NCBI GenBank assembly: GCA_963814365.1
Contig: CAWFCL010000004.1
Span: 1,034,660 to 1,098,659 of the forward strand
DNA from: an uncultured Actinomycetes bacterium
GTDB taxonomy: Bacteria; Actinomycetota; Thermoleophilia; RBG-16-64-13
Length of the DNA stretch: 64,000 bases
Reading direction: 5' to 3'
Shown: positions 41,398-49,983 of the stretch, in pieces
How the letters are laid out: each line of letters starts with the position of its first letter
Position numbering within the stretch: the first letter of the stretch is position 1
The notes under the pieces: model-generated
What the model was told of the DNA's origin: nothing
Seen by the model: only the letters and a program-made list of their open reading frames with translations
The model's database searches: none
Translations under genes and position numbers: made by a program

Positions 41398-42648
41398 CTA
41401 CCTGGAGTTCTTGCGCATCTGGTCAAGGAACTCGGCATTGGACTTCGTCTCCTTCAACTTGCCTATCAGGAGTTCGATTGCCGCGTTTGGATCCAATGCG
41501 TGCAGCACGCCGCGCAGCTTCCATACCATGGTGGCCTCAGCGGATTCCATCAGCAGCTCTTCTTTGCGCGTTCCGGAGTTCTCTATGTCTATGGCCGGGA
41601 AGACACGCTTGTTTGCCAGTTGCCGCGTTAGCCGGACTTCCCAGTTGCCCGTACCCTTGAACTCCTCAAAGATCACTTCGTCCATCCTAGAACCAGTCTC
41701 GACAAGGGCCGTGGCAAGGATGGTCAGCGATCCTCCCTCCTCGATGTTCCGCGCCGCGCCGAAGAACTTCTTGGGGGGATAGAGCGCTGTCGAGTCGACT
41801 CCACCCGAAAGGATGCGACCGCTGGCCGGTGCCTGGAGGTTGTAGGCCCGCGCCATCCTCGTTATGGAGTCCAGGAGCACCACTACATCCTTGCCCACCT
41901 CGACCAAACGCTTGACACGCTCCAGGACCAACTCTGTGACCTGTACGTGGTTCTCGCCCGGCATATCGAAAGTCGAGCTGACCACCTCACCGGCGACCGT
42001 ACGCTCCATGTCGGTGACCTCTTCGGGCCGCTCGTCTACGAGCAACACCATCAGATGCACTTCAGGATTGTTCTTGGCGATGGAATGCGCGATGTCCTTG
42101 AGTATGGTCGTCTTTCCGGCCTTTGGTGGCGAGACGATCAGGCCTCTCTGCCCCTTGCCCAGTGGAGCCATGATGTCCATCACCCGGGCCGCCAGATTCT
42201 CGGGCGTTGTTTCCAGGCGCAGACGCTCTTCGGGAAACAGCGGCGTCAGAGAGTCGAAGGTCGGACGATGCCGAGCCTGTTCTGGGTCCAGCCCATTCAC
42301 GGTCTGGATCTTCAGAAGCGCATGATACTTCTCGTTGTCCCGAGGGGTCCGCACTTGCCCCGTGATCTCGTCGCCTCGCCGCAGCTTGAACCTGCGTATC
42401 TGCGACAGAGACACATAAATGTCTGAGTCCGACTGCGTGTAGCCCTGTGTACGTAGGAACCCGTAGCCGTCCGGAAGAATATCGAGCAGTCCTGTACGCA
42501 TATGCAGGCCCCTGTCCTGCGACTGCTCGCTCAGGATCTTCATCAGCAGATCCTGCTTGCTGTACTTGCGGTAGTTCTTGATGCCCAGCTCACCTGCGAT
42601 CATGTGCAGGTCAGATAGCAGCTTGGGCTCCAGTTCAGCTATTGCCAT
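41398..42648 (-). CDS. rho: Transcription termination factor Rho
   Basis: 416 aa with N-terminal Rho_N (LSDLHMIAGELGI), an RNA-binding domain and Walker A PPKAGKT. Confidence 0.97.
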   Translation of the reverse strand: MAIAELEPKLLSDLHMIAGELGIKNYRKYSKQDLLMKILSEQSQDRGLHMRTGLLDILPDGYGFLRTQGYTQSDSDIYVSLSQIRRFKLRRGDEITGQVRTPRDNEKYHALLKIQTVNGLDPEQARHRPTFDSLTPLFPEERLRLETTPENLAARVMDIMAPLGKGQRGLIVSPPKAGKTTILKDIAHSIAKNNPEVHLMVLLVDERPEEVTDMERTVAGEVVSSTFDMPGENHVQVTELVLERVKRLVEVGKDVVVLLDSITRMARAYNLQAPASGRILSGGVDSTALYPPKKFFGAARNIEEGGSLTILATALVETGSRMDEVIFEEFKGTGNWEVRLTRQLANKRVFPAIDIENSGTRKEELLMESAEATMVWKLRGVLHALDPNAAIELLIGKLKETKSNAEFLDQMRKNSR

Positions 42649-42899
42649 ATCAGTCCTCTTGCTCGAATACTCATGTTAGTCGACCCCTTCCCTGCTTGCA
42701 CTACCCGAACTGTGCCCGCCGATAACGACCATGCTATCGGCCTGTAGATGGATTGCTCACTCCCTGTCTAGTGTGCATATGCATGACCTAGGGAGAACAA
42801 TTGAGGCACATCTGATTCGCGGGGGTGAAGTGTGTTCTGAACCTACGCAGGAGACGCCCCGCGCGAAACTGTCACTGATGCAACGGAAACTTCGCTAGT

Positions 42900-42929
42900 A
42901 TCCTATCACCGGTCTGTCGCCCAGGTCAA
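42900..42929 (-). promoter_or_regulatory. Candidate rho promoter, implying a ~245-nt leader
   Basis: Minus strand reads TTGACC (42929-42924), 18 nt, TAGGAT (42905-42900). Confidence 0.45.
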
Positions 42930-42972
42930 CGAGTAGAGCACTGGATATCGAGCACAGACTTCATCATCGACC

Positions 42973-44250
42973 CTAGAGCACTCGCAGTGTCATGGGTGCA
43001 CTCTGGCAGCACTCAAGGTTTTTAGCCTGTTCCACCGCTGCGAAGAACTGGCTTTCTCTGGTGGGATGTGTGATCAAGACCAACTCGGCCTCGTCCCCGC
43101 GCCCCCGCTGGATCATGCTGGCGATGGAGACTCCGTGTTCGCCGAACGCTGACGCTATGCCAGCCAAGACGCCTGCTTTGTCGGACACACTCACTCTGAT
43201 GAAGAAGGCCGACTCGACGTCTTCCGAAGGGTACATGGCCAGTTGCCTGTAGCACGAGCAGTTCTGCAAGAACCCGACTTCATTGGTGCTCACGATAGAG
43301 ACGATATCACTGACCACCGCGGTGGCAGTCGGCACCCCGCCTGCCCCAGGGCCCATCAACATGATCTCGCCGATTGAGTCTCCCTGCAGAAAGACGGCGT
43401 TGTTCGAACCACTTATCGCGGCCAAAGGATGGTCCACCGGCAGAAGAGCGGGGAACACCCGCACGCTGATCTGCCCATCTATCAAGCGCGCCGCGCCTAT
43501 GAGCTTAGGGACGAAGCCCAGACCCTTGGCGTAGCGGACATCCTCCAGAGATATGTCCTCTATACCCGAGTAGGTGACATCCGCCAGCGTCACCCTGGAA
43601 TGGAAGGCGATAGAAGCAATTATGGCCATCTTCGCTGCCGCATCCGCACCCCCCACGTCCGCTGTGGGGTCGGCCTCGGCGTATCCCAGCTCCTGAGCCT
43701 TGGCCAAGACGTCGGCGTAGTCACCTTCATCGCCGTACATCTGGCTGAGAATATAGTTGGTAGTCCCATTCACGATGCCGTACACGGTGTGAAGCCCCGC
43801 GGCGATCATGCTTTCGCGCATCACCTTGATGATCGGCACTGCGCCGGCCACGGAAGCCTCAAATCGCAAGTGCCGCTTCTCTTCTCTCGCCAGACTGAAC
43901 AGTCTCTGCCCCTGGCTGGCCAACAGTTGCTTGTTGGCAGTGACTACATCCTTGCCACTCCGCATCGCAGCGTCAACGAAGTCAAAGGCAGCGGTAGTGC
44001 CACCGATGAGCTCTACCACTATGTCGATGTCCGAGTCGTCAACGATCTCAGAGAAGTCTGAGCAGAAGACGCCGGCAGGCCCATCCGCGGGCCACTTGCT
44101 CTTGTCGATCTCCAGGACCTTGGTGATCTCCAGGTCGACTCCCGTTCCTTCTAGAATCTGGTCGTGTTCCTTGCGTATCAGCTCGTAAACACTCGATCCG
44201 ATCGTACCGAAGCCCAAGAGGCCAATATTCGCTGTCTTGTGTTGTCCCAT
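42973..44250 (-). CDS. hom: Homoserine dehydrogenase (with C-terminal ACT domain)
   Basis: 425 aa with GLLGFGTIG NAD fold, a catalytic domain and an ACT-like tail. ATG follows AAGGGGGA. Confidence 0.93.
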   Translation of the reverse strand: MGQHKTANIGLLGFGTIGSSVYELIRKEHDQILEGTGVDLEITKVLEIDKSKWPADGPAGVFCSDFSEIVDDSDIDIVVELIGGTTAAFDFVDAAMRSGKDVVTANKQLLASQGQRLFSLAREEKRHLRFEASVAGAVPIIKVMRESMIAAGLHTVYGIVNGTTNYILSQMYGDEGDYADVLAKAQELGYAEADPTADVGGADAAAKMAIIASIAFHSRVTLADVTYSGIEDISLEDVRYAKGLGFVPKLIGAARLIDGQISVRVFPALLPVDHPLAAISGSNNAVFLQGDSIGEIMLMGPGAGGVPTATAVVSDIVSIVSTNEVGFLQNCSCYRQLAMYPSEDVESAFFIRVSVSDKAGVLAGIASAFGEHGVSIASMIQRGRGDEAELVLITHPTRESQFFAAVEQAKNLECCQSAPMTLRVL

Positions 44251-44367
44251 TGGTCCCCCTTATCTAGGCGGGGTCGTAGGCCGGTATCGTCAAGCAAGAA
44301 ACGCCCAAGGGTAGGCGAGTAGCGGTACGTTATCACACCAGCCGTACTGGTAAAATGCATTACTAGG

Positions 44368-44724
44368 ATGACTGAGGATACACTGACCTTCTCCTACTAC
44401 CGAGGGTCAAAAGAACCCACCTTCGCCACACGCACTGAGTTCGAGGCGGCGAAGCTCTTCGACTATCACCGCATAGCGTGGGAATACGAGCCGCGGACTT
44501 TCGTTTTGGAACAAGACGAGAAGGGCAAAATCCTCGAGGCGTTCACCCCCGACTTCTTCCTGCCCGACCTCGACTTGTTCGTGGAAGTCACCGAGATGAA
44601 ACAATCGCTGGTGACTGCCAAGAACCGCAAGGTGCGCAAGTTGCGAGAGAAGTACCCAGAGATACGGGTCAAACTCCTCTACCGCAAGGACTTCGTTAGG
44701 ATGGCCCAGAAATACGGACTGTAG
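44368..44724 (+). CDS. Small PD-(D/E)xK nuclease-like protein, hypothetical
   Basis: 118 aa. The segment E...FTPDFFLP...LFVEVTEMK resembles the TnsA-N / YraN-type restriction-endonuclease fold. A TAAAAT box lies 11 nt upstream of the ATG. Confidence 0.55.
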   Translation: MTEDTLTFSYYRGSKEPTFATRTEFEAAKLFDYHRIAWEYEPRTFVLEQDEKGKILEAFTPDFFLPDLDLFVEVTEMKQSLVTAKNRKVRKLREKYPEIRVKLLYRKDFVRMAQKYGL

Positions 44725-44731
44725 GGTTCCA

Positions 44732-45334
44732 GTGACCCATCAAGAGAGAACACCTAGCCCATACTTCAGACCGCAGCCCGCGGACGAACGCGTGGGTGCA
44801 GTGTTTCTAGAGCCCGAAGCGATCGCCGACCGCGTGAACGAACTAGGCGCGCAGATCACCCGCGACTACCAAGACAAAGACCTTCTGCTGATAGCGATAC
44901 TGCGAGGGTCACTGTTCTTCGTAGCCGACTTGGTTAGGACCATCGACCTGCCGCTGGAGCTGGACTTCCTGGCCATAAGCTCCTATACGCAAGAGCATTC
45001 GCAGACAGGCACCAAGGCGATACGCTTTCTAAAGGACTTGGACGAACCTCTCAAAGACAAGAACGTCCTCTTGGTCGAAGACATGATCGACTCCGGCCTG
45101 ACGCTGCACTACATCACTCGGTCACTGAGCCTGCGGAGGCCCAACTCCCTAGAAGTGTGCACTCTTTTTGACAGACCCCATCTGCGCCTTGTGGACATGC
45201 AGGTCCGCTACACAGGTTTCGAGGTCCCAGATGACTTCTTCGTAGGATATGGGTTCGACTATCGACAGTCGTTCCGCAACCTGCCGTACGTGGCCTATCT
45301 ACAATTGGGCCCAGACCAACCTACGTTGTTCTGA
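44732..45334 (+). CDS. hpt: Hypoxanthine phosphoribosyltransferase
   Basis: PRPP motif VLLVEDMIDSGLT and ...FVGYGFDY. Start is GTG 44732 or GTG 44792. Confidence 0.92.
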   Translation: MTHQERTPSPYFRPQPADERVGAVFLEPEAIADRVNELGAQITRDYQDKDLLLIAILRGSLFFVADLVRTIDLPLELDFLAISSYTQEHSQTGTKAIRFLKDLDEPLKDKNVLLVEDMIDSGLTLHYITRSLSLRRPNSLEVCTLFDRPHLRLVDMQVRYTGFEVPDDFFVGYGFDYRQSFRNLPYVAYLQLGPDQPTLF

Positions 45335-45347
45335 AGGAAAGTGAAGG

Positions 45348-45420
45348 AGCGGAGTACGGGGTTCGAACCCGCGACATCCAGCTTGGGAAGCTGGCACTCT
45401 ACCAACTGAGTTAACTCCGC
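45348..45420 (-). tRNA. tRNA-Gly (anticodon CCC), CCA not encoded
   Basis: Hand-folded: acceptor GCGGAGU/ACUCCGC, D-arm ACUC/GAGU, anticodon loop UUCCCAA, T-loop UUCGAAC, discriminator U. Confidence 0.93.
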
Positions 45421-45558
45421 TCGCAGATTGCTTCTTCAAGCGTTTCGGATGATAACACACAGGCCAGCATGCTAGGGTCCGCTGCAAGCGTACGTCTCTC
45501 CGCTCTGAACAGATGCACCCACCGACTTTTTTGTTCAGTGCCTTGCCCCCCAAGGGGG

Positions 45559-45586
45559 TTGACATGGCAACCATTCCAGATAGAAT
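45559..45586 (+). promoter_or_regulatory. Strong sigma-70/SigA-type promoter of the candidate sRNA
   Basis: TTGACA (45559-45564), 16 nt, TAGAAT (45581-45586). Confidence 0.65.
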
Positions 45587-45591
45587 CATTA

Positions 45592-45750
45592 GCAGAGTCC
45601 CGAGAGTTCAGACGCAGTGTCTGAGGAGTTCACAAAGGGGCCCGCTGAGGAACCGCGGAGACAAATGGCCGCGCAGTACAGAGAAGCGGGAACAAAGTGA
45701 AGGCCGTTATCAAGACGCAAAGCGAGTTCACTCGGGGCTCGCTTTTTTTT
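45592..45750 (+). ncRNA. Candidate structured small RNA (unassigned family)
   Basis: Starts ~6-8 nt after TAGAAT and ends in GCGAG...CUCGC plus U8 (45743-45750). A 10-bp closing helix pairs 45595-45604 with 45731-45740, and internal hairpins are present. There is no plausible CDS. Confidence 0.55.
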
Positions 45751-45795
45751 GCGCACCATATCGCTCTGAGGCCTTCTGCACCCTCGGTGCTCTCT

Positions 45796-46617
45796 CTAGC
45801 CTTGACACCCCGGACAGTATGAAGTGCCCCGCCCCGCCACAACTGTCCGCACGAAGGTATCTCCGCACCTGCCACAGGCTTGGCCCTGCTTTCCGTATGC
45901 CCGCAGCCAGTTCTGGAAGTCGCCCTGTCGACCCATGGTGTCCACGAAGTCTGACAACGAGCAACCTAGGAACTTGACCCCTTCGCCCAGCCGAGTGCGG
46001 ACCTCCTCGGCCAACTTCGCCGTCTCATCCTGAGCCAATGACCCACAGGATCTGAGTGGAGATAGCCCCGTCCACCAGAGGATCTCGTCTGCGTAGATAT
46101 TGCCGATACCAGCAATATGCCTTTGATCGAGCAGAAACGCTTTCAGCGGTGCGACACGCCCGTGAAGGAGCCCTCTGAGATAGCCGGCGTCCCAGTCCCC
46201 CTTCCACGCGTCGGGCCCCAGACCGCCAAGCCTAGGCGCGGGAGACCCCAGGGTGAAGTGAAGCCGGCCGAATTTGCGGATGTCCCGGAACTCGAGCTTG
46301 ACCTCGTCCCCGTGCCCGCCCGATAGTCTGAAGTCGAACCGCGCATGCCGGCTAGTATCGTCGGGGTCGATGAGTAGCTGACCCGTCATGCCCAGGTGAA
46401 GTGTGACGAACGCCTCCCCAGCCAATTCCATGATGATGAACTTGCCCAACCGCTCTACCGATTTGATCGTCCTGCCCGGCAGCCCCGTCACTACCTCAGG
46501 CGAGGTGCAATCCCGCAACATGGCAGGCTCTGTCTGTCCGACGGCCGTAAACTCCATGCCAAGCAACCGGTTATGTAACTGGCATCTGACCGTTTCCACC
46601 TCAGGCAACTCCGGCAT
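45796..46617 (-). CDS. mutM: Formamidopyrimidine-DNA glycosylase
   Basis: N-terminus MPELPEVE and C-terminal zinc finger CGRCG...YCPGCQ. ATG 46617. The track ORF extends to 46671. Confidence 0.93.
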   Translation of the reverse strand: MPELPEVETVRCQLHNRLLGMEFTAVGQTEPAMLRDCTSPEVVTGLPGRTIKSVERLGKFIIMELAGEAFVTLHLGMTGQLLIDPDDTSRHARFDFRLSGGHGDEVKLEFRDIRKFGRLHFTLGSPAPRLGGLGPDAWKGDWDAGYLRGLLHGRVAPLKAFLLDQRHIAGIGNIYADEILWWTGLSPLRSCGSLAQDETAKLAEEVRTRLGEGVKFLGCSLSDFVDTMGRQGDFQNWLRAYGKQGQACGRCGDTFVRTVVAGRGTSYCPGCQG

Positions 46618-46628
46618 CGAGAACGACC

Positions 46629-48404
46629 CTACATGTTCTCGGGAGCGCTGACGCCCAGAAGGTCTAGGCAACGAGAGATCACGCGCTTGGTCACTATGCA
46701 GAGGGCCAGACGGGAGGCCCCCACCGCCGGATCGACACCCAGAACCCGACAGTGCTTATAGAACACATGAAAGTCAGCAGCGACCTCCTGAGAATAAGCA
46801 ACTATGCGATGGGGAGCACGACGCTCGGCCGCGTCCCCCAGTACGTCATCGAAGCTCTCCAGCCTCTTGATCAGCGCCCGCTCATACAAAGATTCATAGA
46901 TGCCCGGCTCGTCACCCACCACGGATGCGACACCCTGCTCTGAGTTCCTCAAAATGCTGGCGATGCGCGCGTGTGCGTACTGGACGTAATACACAGGATT
47001 CTCCTGCGACTGACTCCTTGCGAGATCCAGATCCAGGTCAAGGGTCTGGTCTTGCGACCGCGAGACCAAGAAGAAGCGAGCGGCATCCCTGCCCACTGCC
47101 TCCACGAGCTCGCTCAGCGTGACCATCTCGCCGCGCCTAGTGGACATCTGGCGAAGCTCGCCCTTTTCCAGAAGGTTGACCAGCTGGCCGATGATGACCT
47201 CAAGCACACCCTCTCTGCCTGACATGATATCCACTGCGGCCTTCATGCGAGGAACGTAACCATGGTGGTCGGCTCCCCAGATGTCGATCAAATGGTCGAA
47301 GCCGCGCTCAAGCTTGTTCTGGTGATAGGCGATGTCTGCGGCGAAATACGTAGGCCTGCCGTTGTTGCGTATCACCACGCGATCCTTGTCGTCCCCGCGC
47401 GAGGTGGTCCGCAGCCAGATGGCGTCGCCTTCTCTGAATGCCTCGCCACTGCCGAGCAGTCCGTCAACCGCCTGCTGGACCCTACCGTCTTGGTGGAGTG
47501 TGGTCTCACTGAACCACGTGTCGAATACGACGCCGAACTCCTCCAGCTCACTTCGCATCTGCTGCAGCATCGACTCACACCCCGCTCGGCGGAAGTGGGC
47601 TATGGCCTGCTCTAAGGCCGGAACACTCGGCCAATCCGTGCGATCCTCGGCGTCGTCCTGATCACCCTCGTCATCCTCGACATCCGGCGTGTCCACATCA
47701 CCCGCCCGGAGCACGCCTTTGTCATGGCCGACAACTGTCTCTAGAATCTCCACGTAGTGGTCCCCGATGCTGGCCCGTACCTGCGCAGCTATCTCGGCAA
47801 CATACTCGCCCTGGTAGCCATCTCGCGGGACGGGGACGTCAAGCCCGAACGACTGCGCGTAGCGCGCCGCGATACTGCGACCGAAACGGTCCATCTGCCG
47901 ACCGTAGTCGTTGACATAGAACTCAGTGGAGACATTGGCCCCGCTGAAAACCAGCAAGCGCTTGAGCGAATCGCCATAGGCCGCGTAGCGACCGTGTCCG
48001 ACATGCAGCGGCCCGTTGGGGTTCACGCTCACGAACTCCAGATTGATGCGAGGCCTATCCTGCTGCTCACCGCTGCCGATCTTCTCGCCCCGCTCCAACA
48101 TCGCCCGCATCACGTCGCCATAGGCTGCTGAGCTCAATCGGAAGTTGATGAATCCTGGCCCTGCTATCTGGACTTCATCGACCAGTCTCGCCAGCTGAGC
48201 ATCTGCCAGCAAGCGGTCGCGCAGCTCCTCTGCCAGCGCCCTTGGCGCCTGCTTGGCCGTCTTGGCAGTCTGCATGCAGACGGGTGTTGCGTAATCACCG
48301 TGCGACTCGTCGGCCGGCCTTTCCAATATGCACACGGGGACCTCGGCCCATCCATGCTCACCGGCCCACTTGTTGACGACTTTCTGCAATATTTCGCCCA
48401 GCAA
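46629..48404 (-). CDS. argS: Arginine-tRNA ligase
   Basis: 591 aa with PNGPLHVGHGR (HIGH-type) and QMSTRRG (KMSKS-type). TTG start lies immediately after the upstream stop. Confidence 0.95.
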   Translation of the reverse strand: MLGEILQKVVNKWAGEHGWAEVPVCILERPADESHGDYATPVCMQTAKTAKQAPRALAEELRDRLLADAQLARLVDEVQIAGPGFINFRLSSAAYGDVMRAMLERGEKIGSGEQQDRPRINLEFVSVNPNGPLHVGHGRYAAYGDSLKRLLVFSGANVSTEFYVNDYGRQMDRFGRSIAARYAQSFGLDVPVPRDGYQGEYVAEIAAQVRASIGDHYVEILETVVGHDKGVLRAGDVDTPDVEDDEGDQDDAEDRTDWPSVPALEQAIAHFRRAGCESMLQQMRSELEEFGVVFDTWFSETTLHQDGRVQQAVDGLLGSGEAFREGDAIWLRTTSRGDDKDRVVIRNNGRPTYFAADIAYHQNKLERGFDHLIDIWGADHHGYVPRMKAAVDIMSGREGVLEVIIGQLVNLLEKGELRQMSTRRGEMVTLSELVEAVGRDAARFFLVSRSQDQTLDLDLDLARSQSQENPVYYVQYAHARIASILRNSEQGVASVVGDEPGIYESLYERALIKRLESFDDVLGDAAERRAPHRIVAYSQEVAADFHVFYKHCRVLGVDPAVGASRLALCIVTKRVISRCLDLLGVSAPENM

Positions 48405-49478
48405 CTACTCTGTACCCCCACGCTCTTCGTCGATTCTCTCGGCCCCCATCAGTTCCTCAAGACCGCCTATCTCAGATGGAGTGCCTATAGCGATTATGGT
48501 GTCGCCGGATTCAAGCAACGCATCCGGAGACGGGTTTGTATCGAACGCCCCTGAGTCACCTCTCCGCACCGCCAGGATCGTCGCTCCGGTGGTCTTGCGC
48601 ACAGACAGGTCTCTGATGGACCGTCCCACCGCGCAGCACTCATCACCGAGCTGCAACTCCTCTACCCGGAACTCCAGAGCACCGTCCCCTGTGACAACGT
48701 CCAAATAGTCACTCACCAAAGGCTTCAGCATCAACACGGCCATCTGCCTGCCGCCGATGCCGTAGGGCGAGACCACCCTATCCGCGCCCGCTCTCTTCAG
48801 CTTGCTGACCGTATCCTCAGAGCTGGCTCGCGCCACTATCAGCAGCCCTGGATTCAGAACTCTCGCGGACAGTGTTACGTAGATGTTGCCCGCATCAGAA
48901 CCCACCGCCGCTACAACCCCCCTAGCCCTCTTGATACCAGCGGCCTCCAAGGTCTCGTCGCTTGTGGCGTCGCCTTCCACCGCCAGATGGCCATCGCCCT
49001 CGGCCCGCTCTAGACCCTCCGCGTCGTTGTCCACGACTACGAAGTCCACCTTCTGAGCGGAGAACTGCCTGGCGACGGATTCACCGACCCTTCCGTAGCC
49101 ACAGATGATGTAATGATTCTGCAACCTCTCCACCTGTCTCCTCACCGCCCTTCTCTTGAACACCCCCGAGAGCTGCGCCTTGATCGCGTATTCGACTATC
49201 GTCCCCAGGCCATATAGGATCACCCCTACACCGCCCAAGATCAGCAACATGCTAAAGACCCTACCCGCGGTAGAGAGTGGTTGGACCTCCTTGTACCCCA
49301 CGGTAGTGATGGTGGTGACGGTCATGTACAACGCGTCCAAGAACCCCCACCGCTCTATCAGCATGTAGCCGACCGTACCGATGATGACCATCAACACGAT
49401 GGCGCCCACCACCCAAAGCAGAGTCTTTGTCTCACGCTTCAAGTCGGGCCCTTTTCGTGTCGCCGGATTGCCAACCAT
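48405..49478 (-). CDS. MthK-like two-TM ion channel with RCK (TrkA-N/TrkA-C) domains and a non-canonical filter
   Basis: Pore region TITTVGYKEV (canonical TVGYGD), then IICGYGRVG Rossmann/RCK and a TrkA-C-like tail. The ATG is preceded by TAGAAT plus 7 nt, so the mRNA is probably leaderless. Confidence 0.85.
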   Translation of the reverse strand: MVGNPATRKGPDLKRETKTLLWVVGAIVLMVIIGTVGYMLIERWGFLDALYMTVTTITTVGYKEVQPLSTAGRVFSMLLILGGVGVILYGLGTIVEYAIKAQLSGVFKRRAVRRQVERLQNHYIICGYGRVGESVARQFSAQKVDFVVVDNDAEGLERAEGDGHLAVEGDATSDETLEAAGIKRARGVVAAVGSDAGNIYVTLSARVLNPGLLIVARASSEDTVSKLKRAGADRVVSPYGIGGRQMAVLMLKPLVSDYLDVVTGDGALEFRVEELQLGDECCAVGRSIRDLSVRKTTGATILAVRRGDSGAFDTNPSPDALLESGDTIIAIGTPSEIGGLEELMGAERIDEERGGTE

Positions 49479-49691
49479 GGCGTTGATTCTAGCCGAATCG
49501 ATGCCAGCGAGTCGGACGTCAGTCGAGTGTCACCCCGAAAGTTCACCGGCCAGCGAGAGCACGAGATGACCAGTGTGTGAACACAACCCTTGACAGTTGG
49601 TAGCCCCAGCACCCACAATACCCAGGAGCCCTCCTCGGGGCGACGAGGATGGCTTGGTTCGGTTGGACGAGAATCATCAAAACCCGGAGGG

Positions 49692-49982
49692 ATGTTTATG
49701 CTCCACGAGCCCGCACAAGTAGAACACCGGGCAGACGAGGCCGCCGCCTACAAGCAGCGTCTTGGCCTCATCAATCTGGCTGTCTACAGCGTTATCTACA
49801 TTGCCTTCATCATCATCAACGTCGCTTGGCCCAAGACCATGGGGACTATCGTCGTGGCGGGTCTGAACCTCGCGATCATCTACGGCTTCGCCCTGATCGT
49901 GATCGCGTTGATCCTGGCGCTCGCCTACAACTGGGCTTGCACCAGGCATGAGAAGTCGTTCGAGAAAGAGGAGAAGGCCTGA
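49692..49982 (+). CDS. DUF485 (YjcH-like) inner-membrane protein
   Basis: 96 aa with two TM helices, immediately upstream of actP as in yjcH-actP. ATG follows GGAGGG. The track ORF starts at 49590. Confidence 0.85.
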   Translation: MFMLHEPAQVEHRADEAAAYKQRLGLINLAVYSVIYIAFIIINVAWPKTMGTIVVAGLNLAIIYGFALIVIALILALAYNWACTRHEKSFEKEEKA

Positions 49983-49983
49983 A

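Noticed and set aside
45592-45750. Assigning the candidate sRNA to SRP RNA, 6S RNA or a TPP or other riboswitch
   Set aside because: It lacks the SRP domain IV GGAA/AGCA core as I remember it. A CUGAGG resembles the TPP CUGAGA box, but the ACCUGAUCUGG-type partner is absent and there is no downstream same-strand gene. The predicted fold is a multi-branch rather than the single long 6S hairpin. I left it unassigned instead of forcing a family.
45513-45977. 154-aa + strand ORF spanning the sRNA region and the mutM 3' end
   Set aside because: It crosses a promoter, a terminator with a T8 run and the antisense of mutM. It has no SD and no coding character. An 11-codon mini-ORF (ATG 45665, after GGAG) inside the RNA was also noted, but it is too short and unsupported to call.
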